Shown here piece by piece: positions 47,892-60,539 of a stretch of 64,000 bases of DNA (the first letter of the stretch is position 1; every line of letters starts with the position of its first letter). Where the stretch lies: positions 186,001 through 250,000 of the forward strand of contig NIVC01000995.1 in NCBI GenBank assembly GCA_002269645.1, read 5' to 3'. The position numbers and the translations under genes were made by a program. This DNA comes from Macrostomum lignano (taxonomy: Eukaryota). The notes beneath the pieces were generated by a model that saw only the letters and a list, made by a program, of their open reading frames with translations, made no database searches and was not told where the DNA came from.

Positions 47892-49824
47892 TCAGTTGTC
47901 ATGGCGCTTCATCCCAAGCCAGCCGTAGGTGTGCTGGCAGCGCACACACAGCATATTCAGGTGCGGTTGCAACACGTATTTGGCGATAACCAACGAGACG
48001 CAGGTTAGGAGCAGGCTCATCTGCATCTGCGCGTCCATAGTTACCTCGATGTCACCCGTGATGTTGGCGATGGCAGAGGAACAGTCGGGCCACAGCAAGC
48101 TGCGGTCAGTGGACATGGTGCAGAACAATGTCGCGGCTTCGTTGCGGCCGAAGCTCTGGCAGCACTCAGCCGGTGGCAGCACCTTGGCTTCTTCTGAGCT
48201 AGAAAAGTCGCTGAAGCAGCAGGGCAAGTTCTGGTAGGCGTGAAGACTCCAGAATGAGGAAGTTCCCTGGCTGAGCATCAGCGAGCGACTAACTTCAGTT
48301 GATATCAGCGCCTGGTGGTTTTCCTGTTCGAATGGAAACAAATTTGGAGAGAAAATATGCGGAATTTGTCAATCAGATGCTACCTACCTTCTGAATGCGA
48401 AATCTATCTAAGCGGTGCACGCTGGATAATGATAATAAAATATCAATGATAGCTATTACCAGAAGACAAAGTTAATTTTATTACCTCGATCTCGCCTCGC
48501 AAAAAGCGAATATTTCGCAGCATAGATAGGATAAGATTGTAGGGTATGGACACTGTCAACAGGACAATGAAGAATACGCAGTACCGCTTGCGTCTCTCTA
48601 ACTGTTTTCTAACGGTGGCTAGGTACCTGCCTTTAATTGGCAGCATCAGGTAGAAGCACGTGACGGTGCACACCAGATTCAGGAAGGAGGCGACAACGTT
48701 GAGCGAGCAAAATAGAAAATAATGCCACGGCGGTTTGAAGTGCTTCATATCGATACCCTTGAAGTTGAACAGAGTGTACAGAGCCGGTATCACAGTGCAG
48801 TAGATGTTCGCCATGTAGCTGATATAGTAGCACGAGTAGTATATGATGCATGGCAGCTGGAAGGCGACGCCGTTGAGGAATAGAACGCCAGCCATTTTTC
48901 GATGGGAATTGACGAATTGAAAGGACTCAAGCAACTGCTGATAGGTGCCGAACCGCCTGATTGACTCTGTTGTTGTTGGTGCGGTTGCATCTGCAGGCGT
49001 TACTTTTACACCTGGCTACCTTGAGTCATGCATGATGCTGCACTAAGGCAGAGCCCAGTGACAGGGACCAGTGGTAGTTTTCTCATGAAATCCACCCAGC
49101 TTTCACGCGTAGCTTAAAGTTAAACTTGAAAAATGTAATGTAGATTAAAAAGCAACCACAATGACTGAGGAATAGAGGGTTAAGGTTGGGAAGATTATTT
49201 GACAAAGAATAAATTTAAGCGACTTATGTCTCGACTTTCTAAGAAGTTTCTTAGCTCATCTGCACTTGTCTCTGTCTACTCAGTTTTCTCTTTCTCTCTC
49301 TCTCTCTCGTTTAATCTTTTTATTTTCTTATCTCTCTCCCTCGCTGCCTTCTGATTGGCTCTTTAATCTCGTATCTTTCCTTAGTCGCGCACTTCGCCCC
49401 TCCTTTTCTTTCTTCCCCTACCCCCGCCCCCTATTTTACCGTCCTATAAATACACTTATTTGGGTCCTGAGCCCCACTTACTGTCTGTTTTCATTGTTTT
49501 GGTTTTAACTCTCAAGTAGTAGTCTATCTAATTTTTTCTAAATGGCGCCCGAACAGAAACTCGAACCCTGGACCTTCAGATTAAAAGTCTGATTCTCTAC
49601 CGACCAAGCTACACGTATTTGAGGAAAATAATATAGACTACGACTAATAAAGCCATAAGAACTTACCAGGTACCAGAACCTATCGAATTGAAGTATAACT
49701 TGGTTGGTAAATGCTCCCATATTTTTTTATCAAGTCGATTCTTACCTAACGGAGTCTCGGGTCGTTCCTGCTGCTTGGGCAAGTGGAATACCGTCTGCTG
49801 GTCGGGCAGAGCCACAGTTGACAT
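47892..49824 (-). CDS. Divergent tetraspanin-like 4TM protein, ~338 aa
   Basis: Exons 49746-49824, 48485-48990 and 47892-48323 (phases 1,0; strong AG|GTAAGA donor). Three TM segments are followed by a large loop (QNLPCCF..PPAECCQ..FC..PDC) and a fourth TM, paralleling the CCG / PxSCC / GC pattern. Confidence 0.65.
49543..49618 (-). pseudogene. tRNA-Lys(TTT) pseudogene with encoded 3' CCA
   Basis: TAGCTTGGTCGGTAGAGAATCAGACTTTTAATCTGAAGGTCCAGGGTTCGAGTTTCTGTTCGGGCG-CCA is near-identical to eukaryotic tRNA-Lys(UUU). The 5' acceptor arm is non-matching, the T stem has mismatches, and there is no T-run terminator. Confidence 0.8.
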
Positions 49825-50542
49825 TCTGTCGCGTAAGTTTGCGTCGTCAAAATCAGAAAACAGCTTAATTTTTTGTGATTATAACGGGTCGTAGAAAATG
49901 AGACTTCTTCATTGTACCATGACTACGTGGCTATCGGGCGGGCTGATATTCGATTATTGCCATAGACGATTTCATTTTGACCCGAAAAGTCGGGCCTATA
50001 ATGGATTATTTTCATTTCATGTATTTCAACCAAATAAACAAAAAACAAACAAATCAAACAAAGCAGTCAGAGTCCAGAGCCAAACTCAACTTTTGCAAAG
50101 CGTCCTTTTCGCATTCACATATAAACGTAACATTTAGCCCCGTTTTTCTCCAAGACGATCGTCGGGCCGGATTTATCAGGCTGGCCAATAATTGTGACGG
50201 CAGTTGGAACGCTAGATGACTGTTCGCACAAAGCAACTGACTCTTGTGCTTGATGAATGACCACACTCGACGTAGAGGCATGTAGACTATCTGTGATAGC
50301 AGAAGACAATGCTCGCTTCTGGACCACCGTTGTCCGCTTTGTATAACAAATCAATGTAGTTCAGCATGGTCGATCTTGAATGTGACGGCAGCAGTCTCGC
50401 TTCTTTCTCTTTGCTTCTTTATTCTTTCTCTTATAATTGAACTGTTTGAATCTCTAAGTTTGTATGCTTGTCCATAACGCTCTAGAGATTGCAATTCTTG
50501 ACCGATTTTCATCGCATTTTCGCCAAAATATTCAAAATAATA

Positions 50543-52426
50543 CACCAATATTACCTCCTATTTTGAACAAAGTCTTGTTCAAAAGAAACAAGCAGAACTT
50601 CCATTCAAACATTTAAAGAAATATCAGCCCTTGCGGAAATTCAATTCAAACAAAGTCCCTTTCTATTGAAACGGAAGAACTTCAATTCAGACTGTCTGTG
50701 GCCAAAGTTGTCCCTGAGTGACGCGCATGCGCAGATTTGAAATTCAAAAGAAAGTCACATTCTGTTTCGACAGTGATTTTTGCACATACATTTAGATACG
50801 AGTACATTTTTAGTACATTAATCTAACTTTTTTTTCCTGTACTGCATAACTGTACAATCGTTGCGCAATAAGAAACGATATGAATCCTGAAGATAAGATT
50901 GAAGAAGACGATGAATTGCTGGAAGAAGATGGAATCGATGAATTTGAAGCAGAGTTCGATGAAGATATCATGGAACAGCAGCCTCGGCAGTGCGCTATTG
51001 TTTAAGCAACAGTGACAGAGACCGTATCATCAGGGCTGCTGATCGTGGGGATTACTTTGTGAAACTGGCGCGCCAACTTGGAGTCAAGAGGTCAACAGCG
51101 TACACGATTGAGGTCAGGGAGAGCGGAAAAGATTCCGGACCTACGAGATTCCGGACTCCATTCAGGTCAAGCGGCTTCCACCATACAGTTCATTTTTCAG
51201 TCCTGTGGAAGGCCGCTCTCCTGTTGGAAGGCCGCTCTGAAGAGAGAACTGGCAATTGATGGTTAGGTGTCTCAAGTTGGCCAACTGACACTGTCTTGTT
51301 CCTGTTTTTCATTTTACTCTTATGTCCGTCGATATGCTGTGTTTTATCCCTTTGTCGAAATAGAATGTGACTTTGTGTAACAATCGACCCTTTGCTTCGG
51401 TCCTAACGATTTGCCTGAAAATGAACCTAAAACGTGCCGTTACTTGGTAGGGTTGCTGCCACCTTGGTGTGCGGACTCGACGCGTCGGCAGAGTTGTCTA
51501 TCCGTCACCTGAAAGAAAATTAACAAAGTCGCTCGGAGCAAAGGCAAATCTGAAAAATGTCTCGACAGTCGATCGTCTTAGTTGAATGCTGCTCGAACCT
51601 GTAACCTGTAAAACCTGAAATGAGAGAGGAGAGCTCAGAGGCAGAGGCTACACGAGTTAGCCACAATGCTCCGCGAGACGACGCAGTCTGGAGAAAAATG
51701 GCTCGCAGATGCTCCGTATTTATAGCCGAGCTGACCCCCAAAAGTCACGTGAGTTTCATGCGGTGAGCGCGTGAAACTTCCTTATTTGGGCATTGGAATC
51801 ATGCGAACGACGCGTGATCCAAGGCCAACTTCCAAATAAGGCAACCTTGTCACGCAGCAGTGGCGTGACTCAAGGTCAGTGGTCACGCACAGAGTGCGTG
51901 CACAGTCACGTGCTTAGTCTGTGCTAAAAATAGAATCGTGGGCGGATGAGTCATCCTGTTTACTCCCTCTAGGCAGCCCTTACACTCCGCGCAGGTGATG
52001 AGTCATCCTGCTACGCCTCCTCAGCGCGAGTGGGAAGACATTGAGTGTGGCTGCCCGCGCCCGCTCAGGCGATGAGTCATTGGGCAGTAAACACTTAGGC
52101 CCAGCACAGGGTAACTCTCTCACTAGCTCAGGTGGACTGAGATACTGTGCAGCGGATCACAGCACCCTTAAGGAAAGCTAGTGAATGCTGCTGAATAGCC
52201 AGATAGCAGCCAGTCACTACATTTGTTTATTTTGAATTTCAAATCTGCGCATGCGCGTCACTCGACAATTTTGGCCAAGTCTGAATTGAAGTTCTTCCGT
52301 TTCAATAGAAAGGGACTTTGATTGATTTGAATTTCCGCAAGGGCTGTTATTTCTTTAAATTTTTGAATGGAAGTTCTGCTCGTTTCTTTTGAACAAGACT
52401 TGTTCAAAATAGGACGTAAAATGCTG
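50543..52426 (+). mobile_element. Non-autonomous Tc1/IS630-superfamily element with ~200-bp TIRs
   Basis: Imperfect inverted repeats at 50543-50749 and 52230-52426, flanked by TA. The internal remnant from 50880 has an acidic leader and, after a frameshift, an HTH-like DRIIRAADRGDYFVKLARQLGVKRSTAYTI. No DDE domain is present. Confidence 0.75.
51717..52079 (-). promoter_or_regulatory. Putative Pol II promoter with an immediate-early motif cluster
   Basis: TATAAATA (minus, 51717-24), E-box TCACGTGA 51745-52, CArG boxes 51780-89 and 51832-41, MEF2 site CTAAAAATAG 51924-33, and AP-1 TGA(C/G)TCA at 51866, 51947, 51999 and 52073. Confidence 0.55.
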
Positions 52427-52625
52427 TATACTATTATTTTCACTTTGGAGCTTCTGTCTGCCATAGGCAAGCATCTCTACACGCAAAATATGCTCGTAGT
52501 TGCTTGACCATCTTTGCAACTCTTTCGACTTCTAAATATTCATTTCCACCAATCGCAGTACGTTAAGTTAAGACAATGAAACGCATCAACTTACATGGAA
52601 TTAATTCATTTTGTAATTAGAGGCA

Positions 52626-52983
52626 GGGGGGTTGTGTGCACCCTGGCGCACTTTAAGCGACATTGTCACACAGCCGGCGAGAGGCATTACTGCCCATTCC
52701 GCCGACTTCCCTGAGCAGGCACACAAGCGCGCGCGGATACGTACGCAGTCATACGCACAGGCACACACTCACACAGGAGTGCACAGCGGTCCTAACTTTA
52801 TTTATCGTTAGGCATGTACACTTCACTGTGCCTTGGGGGTTGGCCCTCAAGGCCTTTAATTGCACGAGCAGAGCCAAGCCGAGATTCCAATTCAGCCCTA
52901 AATTAATGTTGACTGCACTGGGAATCGAGCCCGGGCCGCTGGCACATCAGAGCGCCACGCTAGACAGCTGGGCTACGGACCCC
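52626..52983 (-). mobile_element. tRNA-derived SINE (family B), ~360 bp
   Basis: The minus-strand head has A-box- and B-box-like motifs (GGGGTCCGTAGCCCAG..GGGCTCGATTCCC). A highly similar copy lies at 61577-61931. Confidence 0.8.
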
Positions 52984-53307
52984 TAATAGAACTCATAGCC
53001 AGTTAATTTTTCTAATCGGATTATTTTTTACAGAGATTATCTCCATGGTGAACTCTACTAGATGTAAAGCGTTTACACTACAAAAAGTAAAATTGCATAG
53101 GACAGCGTTCTTCTTTTACTATCGGTCTCTATCATTCATCAGTCTTGGCAAGTACGCCATAATAAGGTAGCAGCTCATATCGTTTTGATTCTGATAAAAC
53201 TGCCTCCCAGAAAGTTTTACGAGTAGAGAGCAAGATTATTACAGAGTGGGAGGTTTTTACAGAATGCAATCCTCAATTAATAAATCCTCATTTGAGTTGT
53301 GAGAAGT

Positions 53308-56300
53308 TTAACACCACTGCAGCAAAGCCAGTAGTGAGCACAGGCAGGCCACAATAGAATGGAGTTTAGAGATGCTGTGCAGGTTCAAATTCGTTGAACT
53401 GAGCGCAAACTGGTGTCTCTGCTGATGGCGCTGTCTCTTCTTCGGAAGTTCTGAAATAATTTGATGCAATTAGTGCAAGTTTACTTAAAACTCCATTTTT
53501 CGGTGAGGTTATTAACGCCAAAGATAAGTTTGCAGAGTCTTAAACATTTTATTAGAGTAGTTAACCTCCGAATATTCTGTCTCCAAATCTCCGAAAGCTT
53601 CAGCACCGGGGGCATGAAGCTCAACTTTAAGCTCTGGACCAATCCACAGATAAATAGAATACCGAGCGAGATGTGTCACTCACAATTGAAATTATGAAAA
53701 GTAAGTCTTTAATTCATTTCTTTTTAAATTGGTAAAACAGGGCAGAGATGTTAATTTAATGGGTCTGCTTGTAGAAAGGCAAAGACGATTTTTGCAGCTT
53801 CAAGAACTAAATATCTAGTCAAACTACATCAATTTTAATATCACTATTATAAAGGGTAGATAAGTGCATTTTTGTGAGTGACCCACGAGCGTTCATCTCC
53901 TTATTCTACGACGTAATTTATTGCTTTTGTCAGCCTAACGGAATAAAGCCACCGAAACCATCGATCTTGATGAAAAGCCACCGAAACCATAGATCTTGAT
54001 GAAAAGCCACCGAAACCATAGATCTTGATGAAAAGCCACCGAAACCATAGATCTTGATGAAAAGCCACCGAAACCATAGATCTTGATGAAAAGCCACCGA
54101 AACCATAGATCTTGATCAAAAGCCACCGAAACCATAGATCTTGATGAAAAGCCACCGAAACCATAGATCTTGATGAAAAGCCACCGAAACCATAGATCTT
54201 GATGAAAAGCCACCGAAACCATCGATCTTGATGAAAAGCCACCGAAACCATAGATCTTGATCAAAAGCCACCGAAACCATAGATCTTGATGAAAAGCCAC
54301 CGAAACCATAGATCTTGATGAAAAGCCACCGAAACCATAGATCTTGATGAAAAGCCACCGAAACCATCGATCTTGATGAAAAGCCACCGAAACCATAGAT
54401 CTTGATGAAAAGCCACCGAAACCATAGATCTTGATGAAAAGCCACCGAAACCATAGATCTTGATGAAAAGCCACCGAAACCATAGATCTTGATGAAAAGC
54501 CACCGAAACCATAGATCTTGATGAAAAGCCACCGAAACCATAGATCTTGATGAAAAGCCACCGAAACCATAGATCTTGATGAAAAGCCACCGAAACCATA
54601 GATCTTGATGAAAAGCCACCGAAACCATAGATCTTGATGAAAAGCCACCGAAACCATCGATCTTGATGAAAAGCCACCGAAACCATCGATCTTGATGAAA
54701 AGCCACCGAAACCATAGATCTTGATGAAAAGCCACCGAAACCATAGATCTTGATGAAAAGCCACCCAAACTGAGTAGAATTGATCGGTTAATACGTCGGT
54801 GTACTTTATTTATTCCTAACCTAGGATAATTAATTTTATGAATGTAATATTCTGCAACTTCTACTGTCAATAAAGTATCAAGAGAATGGTAATGTGGCGC
54901 AAACTGTTTTTTGCATTATTCTGCAAACTGCATTAAAAAGCCTACTTCTGACCATCTGAATTTTCCAATACTTATATGCACATTTGGTGCGCGCTTATTC
55001 GGAAAAATTGGTTTAGAAGTGTGCCGATTTTAATTAAGAAAATTCCACTACATGTATTGGAGAAAAACAGTTACTAGTGGCAACTGGCAAGTGATATGCG
55101 GTTTCTAGTTTATTAATAATAAACATATTAATAATAACTTCAGAAGGGCTGCGTGCACCTAACGCCAACGGCAACATATTCGGAAAGTACAGATAGTTGC
55201 GGGAAATGCCGATGTTGAATATGCGCAGAAATCTAGCTCGCATCAAATGCTCAATATTCTCTGATCTTTGGTGCTATGCCACGAAATTTACCACCAACCT
55301 GTGACGGTGAGCCAATGCACCGCTGCCGCAGGCGGCTCCATCAAGCAGCAGGCCCAGTCTCCCGCGTGCTCTATCCCTACAGCGGCGATGGTAAGCACGC
55401 TGGTGAGAGTGCGGCCCCCATCGACGCTCCAGCTCTCGGAGATGTCAACCCCGGCCTGGTGCCGAGCGTCGGCGCCGCGATGTCGCCAGAACAGAGTTTT
55501 GCCGCTGCCTGATTGCGCTACAGCCGCTGTGCAGGTAAATGACAGGTGCTGATCGCCAATTTCAGCTGACGAGGGGCCGCTGATGTTGATGGAGACTGGA
55601 ATCGATGCAGTTAAGAGATCTGTTGAAATCGAAGCTGGTTTACTTACTACTGGATAGATTGCTAAAGGGGTGCATTGGGCTCAGTTGGGTCAGATTCGGC
55701 CTTCTTGCATCAACAAAAGCCCATCATTGTGAGCAGTCATCAGTCATACACCTGATGCATCTCTCCACATTCAAAAGTTTTACTTACCTTCAATTTTTTG
55801 TTGGGAGTCTCTCGCAACTTCAGAACTCTCTTTTCCGCTGATCTCTGAAGAGGTTTGGAATTCGGATGTTATATGGGACTTTGGTTCGGTTCTGGCAGTT
55901 TATAAATTCTCAAAAACACAAAGAGTTCGACAGCCCACCAGTGACTAAAAGTGCAAACTCGGCGACCAACGGCCTGGCGCCGCCGCCGCTCACGTGGCAC
56001 AGGTATCTACCCGAGTCTCTGGGCTGGGCTCGCTGAATCAACAGGCGCCATTCGTCCTCTGCCATGTCGGCGTCAATCGACACGCGTCTATCGGGGGTGA
56101 AAACGGACCGGCCGACCGTCAGAGGGATGTCCACGCCATCGTTCTTCATCCAGGTGACCTGCGGAGCGACAGTCATACGACACAGAGTGAGCTGTGCATG
56201 TTTCTGACTGCAACCAGAGTGAGCTGTGTTTTCAATTAGCTGCCATTGGAATTTGAGCAATTGCGGCAATATTTCTCACCATTCTGCCGCCAAGGTTTCG

Positions 56301-58953
56301 CACAACGCAGCGCAGCACAACCAGCTGCAACTCCTGGCTTATTAAACTTTTTGGCATGGATTTGGCGAAGCAGGTGTCCCTGGAGCCTGGGCTGCACTCG
56401 GGCCATCCGTTGCTGTCAGCGAGGGCTAAAAATTAAATACGAGTTCTTTTAAAGTACAAGCTGAACTTGTTCAAAAACTTCTATGCACAATTAACCTGCA
56501 GGTTCCTATAGAGGGCTTTGTGCTAATCAACCCGAGTACCCTGGGGCCTTTTTCTCTCTTGCTGAAATTGGGCATTCGCTTTCCATTACTCCCAGTCTAC
56601 GCGATAGAGCTCATATTAGAGCGGGGAATTATAATAGATGAAAGAAGACCGCCCAGTCAGAAGGGAGTAAATTGATCCCATAGAGTGGAGTGGAGTGGAG
56701 TGGGGCGCAAGAATGGGGAGAGGAGAATTCAGTGGGATCTGGTTGCTAAGGTCTGTTGCTTTCCTATACGATCGAGCCAATATATGAGAACCGGAAGCGC
56801 TCTCGGGGTTGAGTTGCCTGCCTAGCTAGTAGCTCCCAGACAGGTCTTGAGTAGAGCTGGCGTGTGAGTAGGACTCCCTCAAGGAAATGTCATGGGCTGA
56901 TGGGGTTGAATGTAAGCTGATAGTACAGACCCAGATTCCGCTTGAACCCCAGTTCACTATCCCGGAAGTTGTTCGTCAGAGGGCACCGGCTGGTCAAGCC
57001 AGATGGGTTCTGTGCTCACAGATCCGCGACCCTCTTTGGGGCAACTCAGTCATGAGCAGCTCTTTTCCTGACCTCACCGTAACTTAAAAGATTCGTGACA
57101 GTGGGGTTGGAAAGGTTGGAATAAGCCAGACGTTTGTCAACTGACGTCTTACAGCCTCCAGTGTGTAGCTGAGTAAATAATGGCAGATTGTTCAGTATGT
57201 AGCTGAGTTGAATAATGGCAGATTGTTCAGTATGTAGCTGAGTTGAATAATGGCAGATTGTTCAGTATGTAGCTGAGTTGAATAATGGCAGATTGTTCAG
57301 TATGTAGCTGAGTTGAATAATGGCAGATTGTTCAGTATGTAGCTGAGTTGAATAATTGCAGATTGTTCAGTATGTAGCTGAGTTGAATAATGGCAGATTG
57401 TTCAGTATGTAGCTGAGTTGAATAATGGCAGATTGTTCAAGTGTGTAGCTGAGTTGAATAATGGCAGATTGTTCAGTAGGAAGCTGAGTTGAATAATGGC
57501 AGATTGTTCAGTATGTAGCTGAGTTGAATAATGGCAGATTGTTCAGTATGTAGCTGAGTGAATAATGGCAGATTGTTCAGTATGTAGCTGAGTTAAATAA
57601 TGGCAGATTGTTCAGTATGTAGCTGAGTTAAATAATGGCAGATTGTTCAGTATGTAGCTGAGTTGAATAATGGCAGATTGTTCAGTATGTAGCTGAGTTG
57701 AATAATGGCAGATTGTTCAGTATGTAGCTGAGTTGAATAATGGCAGATTGTTCAGTATGTAGCTGAGTTGAATAATGGCAGATTGTTCAGTGTGTAGCTG
57801 AGTTGAATAATGGCAGATTGTTCAGTATGTAGCTGAGTTGAATAATGGCAGATTGTTCAGTATGTAGCTGAGTTGAATAATTGCAGATTGTTCAGTATGT
57901 AGCTGATGTGAATAATGGCAGATTGTTCAGTATGTAGCTGAGTTGAATAATTGCAGATTATTCAGTATGTAGCTGATGTGAATAATGGCAGATTGTTCAG
58001 TATGTAGCTGAGTGAATAATGGCAGATTGTTCAGTGTGTAGCTGAGTTGAATAATGGCAGATTGTTCAAGTGTGTAGCTGAGTTGAATAATGGCAGATTG
58101 TTCAGTAGGAAGCTGAGTTGAATAATGGCAGATTGTTCAGTATGTAGCTGAGTTGAATAATGGCAGATTGTTCAGTATGTAGCTGAGTGAATAATGGCAG
58201 ATTGTTCAGTATGTAGCTGAGTTGAATAATGGCAGATTGTTCAGTATGTAGCTGAGTTGAATAATGGCAGATTGTTCAGTATGTAGCTGAGTGAATAATG
58301 GCAGATTGTTCAGTATGTAGCTGAGTTGAATAATGGCAGATTGTTCAGTATGTAGCTGAGTTGAATAATGGCAGATTGTTCAGTATGTAGCTGAGTTGAA
58401 TAATGGCAGATTTTTCAGTATGTAGCTGAGTTGAATAATGGCAGATTGTTCAGTAGGAAGCTGAGTTGAATAATGGCAGATTGTTCAGTAGGAAGCTGAG
58501 TTGAATAATGGCAGATTGTTAAGTATGTAGCTGAGTTGAATAATGGCAGATTGTTAAGTATGTAGCTGATATCTGATTGATTGCTACTATGTCTGGGTAA
58601 AAGTGTAGATACAATGATTTCTCAATACTGTTTGTAATTGTTTACCAAAGCTTCACCAAGCCTCTGGCTGGCTTACTACGGCTAACGTGAAAGTTCTCTA
58701 GATTAATTAATATATAGTGGTATAATTTGTTCCACAAACTAATGTCAAACTGACTTCTGATATTCAAATCTAATGCGGTACTTTGTTAATATTTGCAGAG
58801 TCAGAAATCTAAGTATATTTGTCTATCAGCTTCCAAAGGGCATGCATTTTAATCCGTTGCCTTGATTAAACACCTTCTATTAGATCCGAAATCACCTGTC
58901 GTCAGTGCAGCTGCAGCAGAGATGGCAGACCAAAATAGCGAAGCGCAGAGCAT
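53308..58953 (-). CDS. Dpr-like (defective proboscis extension response / two-Ig) cell-surface protein, ~295 aa, likely GPI-anchored
   Basis: Exons 58896-58953 (alternative ATG 59037), 56280-56425, 55939-56158, 55299-55619 and 53308-53450, with phases 1,0,1,1. It has a signal peptide, Ig1 (LRCVVRNLGGRM/VTWM..LTVGRSVFTPDRR..WRLLIQRAQPRDSGRYLCHV), Ig2 (ISGP..FTC..LFW..SVLTI..HAGDWAC) and a hydrophobic C-terminal tail. Confidence 0.85.
53940..54770. repeat. 29-bp minisatellite AAAAGCCACCGAAACCATAGATCTTGATG, ~28 copies
   Basis: Seen directly. Lies in Dpr-like intron 4. Confidence 0.97.
57165..58570. repeat. 35-bp minisatellite AGCTGAGTTGAATAATGGCAGATTGTTCAGTATGT, ~40 copies
   Basis: Seen directly. 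Lies in Dpr-like intron 1. Confidence 0.97.
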
Positions 58954-60539
58954 TGCAATTGTGGCGGTTGTCTTGCAGCAGTCCAAACGCAAAACATCGC
59001 CCTGTTTGCTTAATCTCTGCTTTTTGATATTTTTCATTTTTATTCTGTTTACTATTGCCCAATCAGAGTGTCACCTGTCCTCAAGACACGGCCATTGGCT
59101 GCAGTATTCTTAACAGTAATTTTGGAGTTTGAGGAAGCGCTGCTATGGTTAGGGGTGGGCATAGATCTTATATTCCCTAGATAGGCCACTTTGTATGGCG
59201 GTAATAGGGAAAGCGCGACCGCTGTTTTTCGGCACTTGTGCGAAAAAGCCGAAATGGGTTGCTTATAAATTTGAGTTCAGTAGCTTGGGGACATAGACGC
59301 TATTTTTTGAGAATTTACCAGAAATTGTCATGAATTGAATAAAAAGCTACTCAATCAAACTAAGAATGATTTATGCACTGCAGAGACTACTGATGAAATT
59401 GAGTTCAGTAGTTGATTTTTGCGCTGTCGCGAGATGCAAATTTTTTTACATTTTCTTCTATGGCCACATAAGTAGTTAATGAGTGGCCCATATATTAAAT
59501 GATCTTTGGGGGTGGGGTGCTTTCACAAGCTTGCGAGACAACATGGACTGCAAGAAAAAGATCCCTTACGAGAACAGGACCTGTCCAAAGTGTCATGCTT
59601 TGCCTGCTGAAGTGCAGTCGGAACTTTTATAGTGCTCCCCGTGATAAATTTGAACAGGAAATCTCGGATAAATTAAGTTTAATAATAAAAATAATAAAAC
59701 GACTTTTTTCACTTCGTCAAATAGACTAATTCACTTTAATGCCAAAGTTTTTTTCGATGGTAAAGATTTCAATTAATGACACTCAACACAAAAGTTAGGT
59801 CCTCATGTAGGGACCCCATTAGGGTTAGCGGTTCAGACAATTTCAAAATAGGTAAAGGACGATAGAGGAATCGAATTGCGAACGAGTTGGGGATTAAGAA
59901 ACTGATAAAGGCTTTTTCAATCATTGTTTGTAAAAAAAACAGAACCAGTTTCGATGAAAGATTAGACTAGACTAGCACTGCTTTATTTCCTGTGAGAACT
60001 TTTGATGGATATCATTTTTTAATTCCTTCAAACAATGGAGTCAATTTAGTCGAAAAAAGTTAGAGAGAAGGGGAGAGGGAGAGAAGAGGGAGAGGTAGAG
60101 AAGGGGAGAAAGAGAGAAGCGAGAGCCTGAATTCTCCAGCCCCATTACTCCGAGCGGCTGCTAAATCTGCTCATTCCCGCTCGAGGCGCAATTTCTGACT
60201 TCGAGAGGAGCGCGAGCTGGTGCCGGAGAATTTGGCGTTCCCCTAAAATTTTTTGCCACTTTCAGCAGCTCTTCGACATCGATATCGCGATTCCCATTCT
60301 GCTAATTGCTGGTGCAATTTTTTCCTTTCATTTCACGAAGCCGGGGGGCTGGTTGAATTTCCTTGAGACTCATTACCTGTGACGCCTGACCTTTTTGGTC
60401 GCTTTCAGTCTCTCAAGCAATTTCGCCTTTGTAAAAGTACAATTTCCTACATTAGGCTGACTGCTTAGTAACTACTGTGTAGTCTTCTATGGAAGTTGCT
60501 GTTGTGCTGTGAATAAATTGGTACTGGATGGAACTGCGG

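Noticed and set aside
53940-58570. CRISPR-like 29- and 35-bp repeat arrays
   Set aside because: Units are head-to-tail with no unique spacers and no cas genes, and the context is eukaryotic introns.
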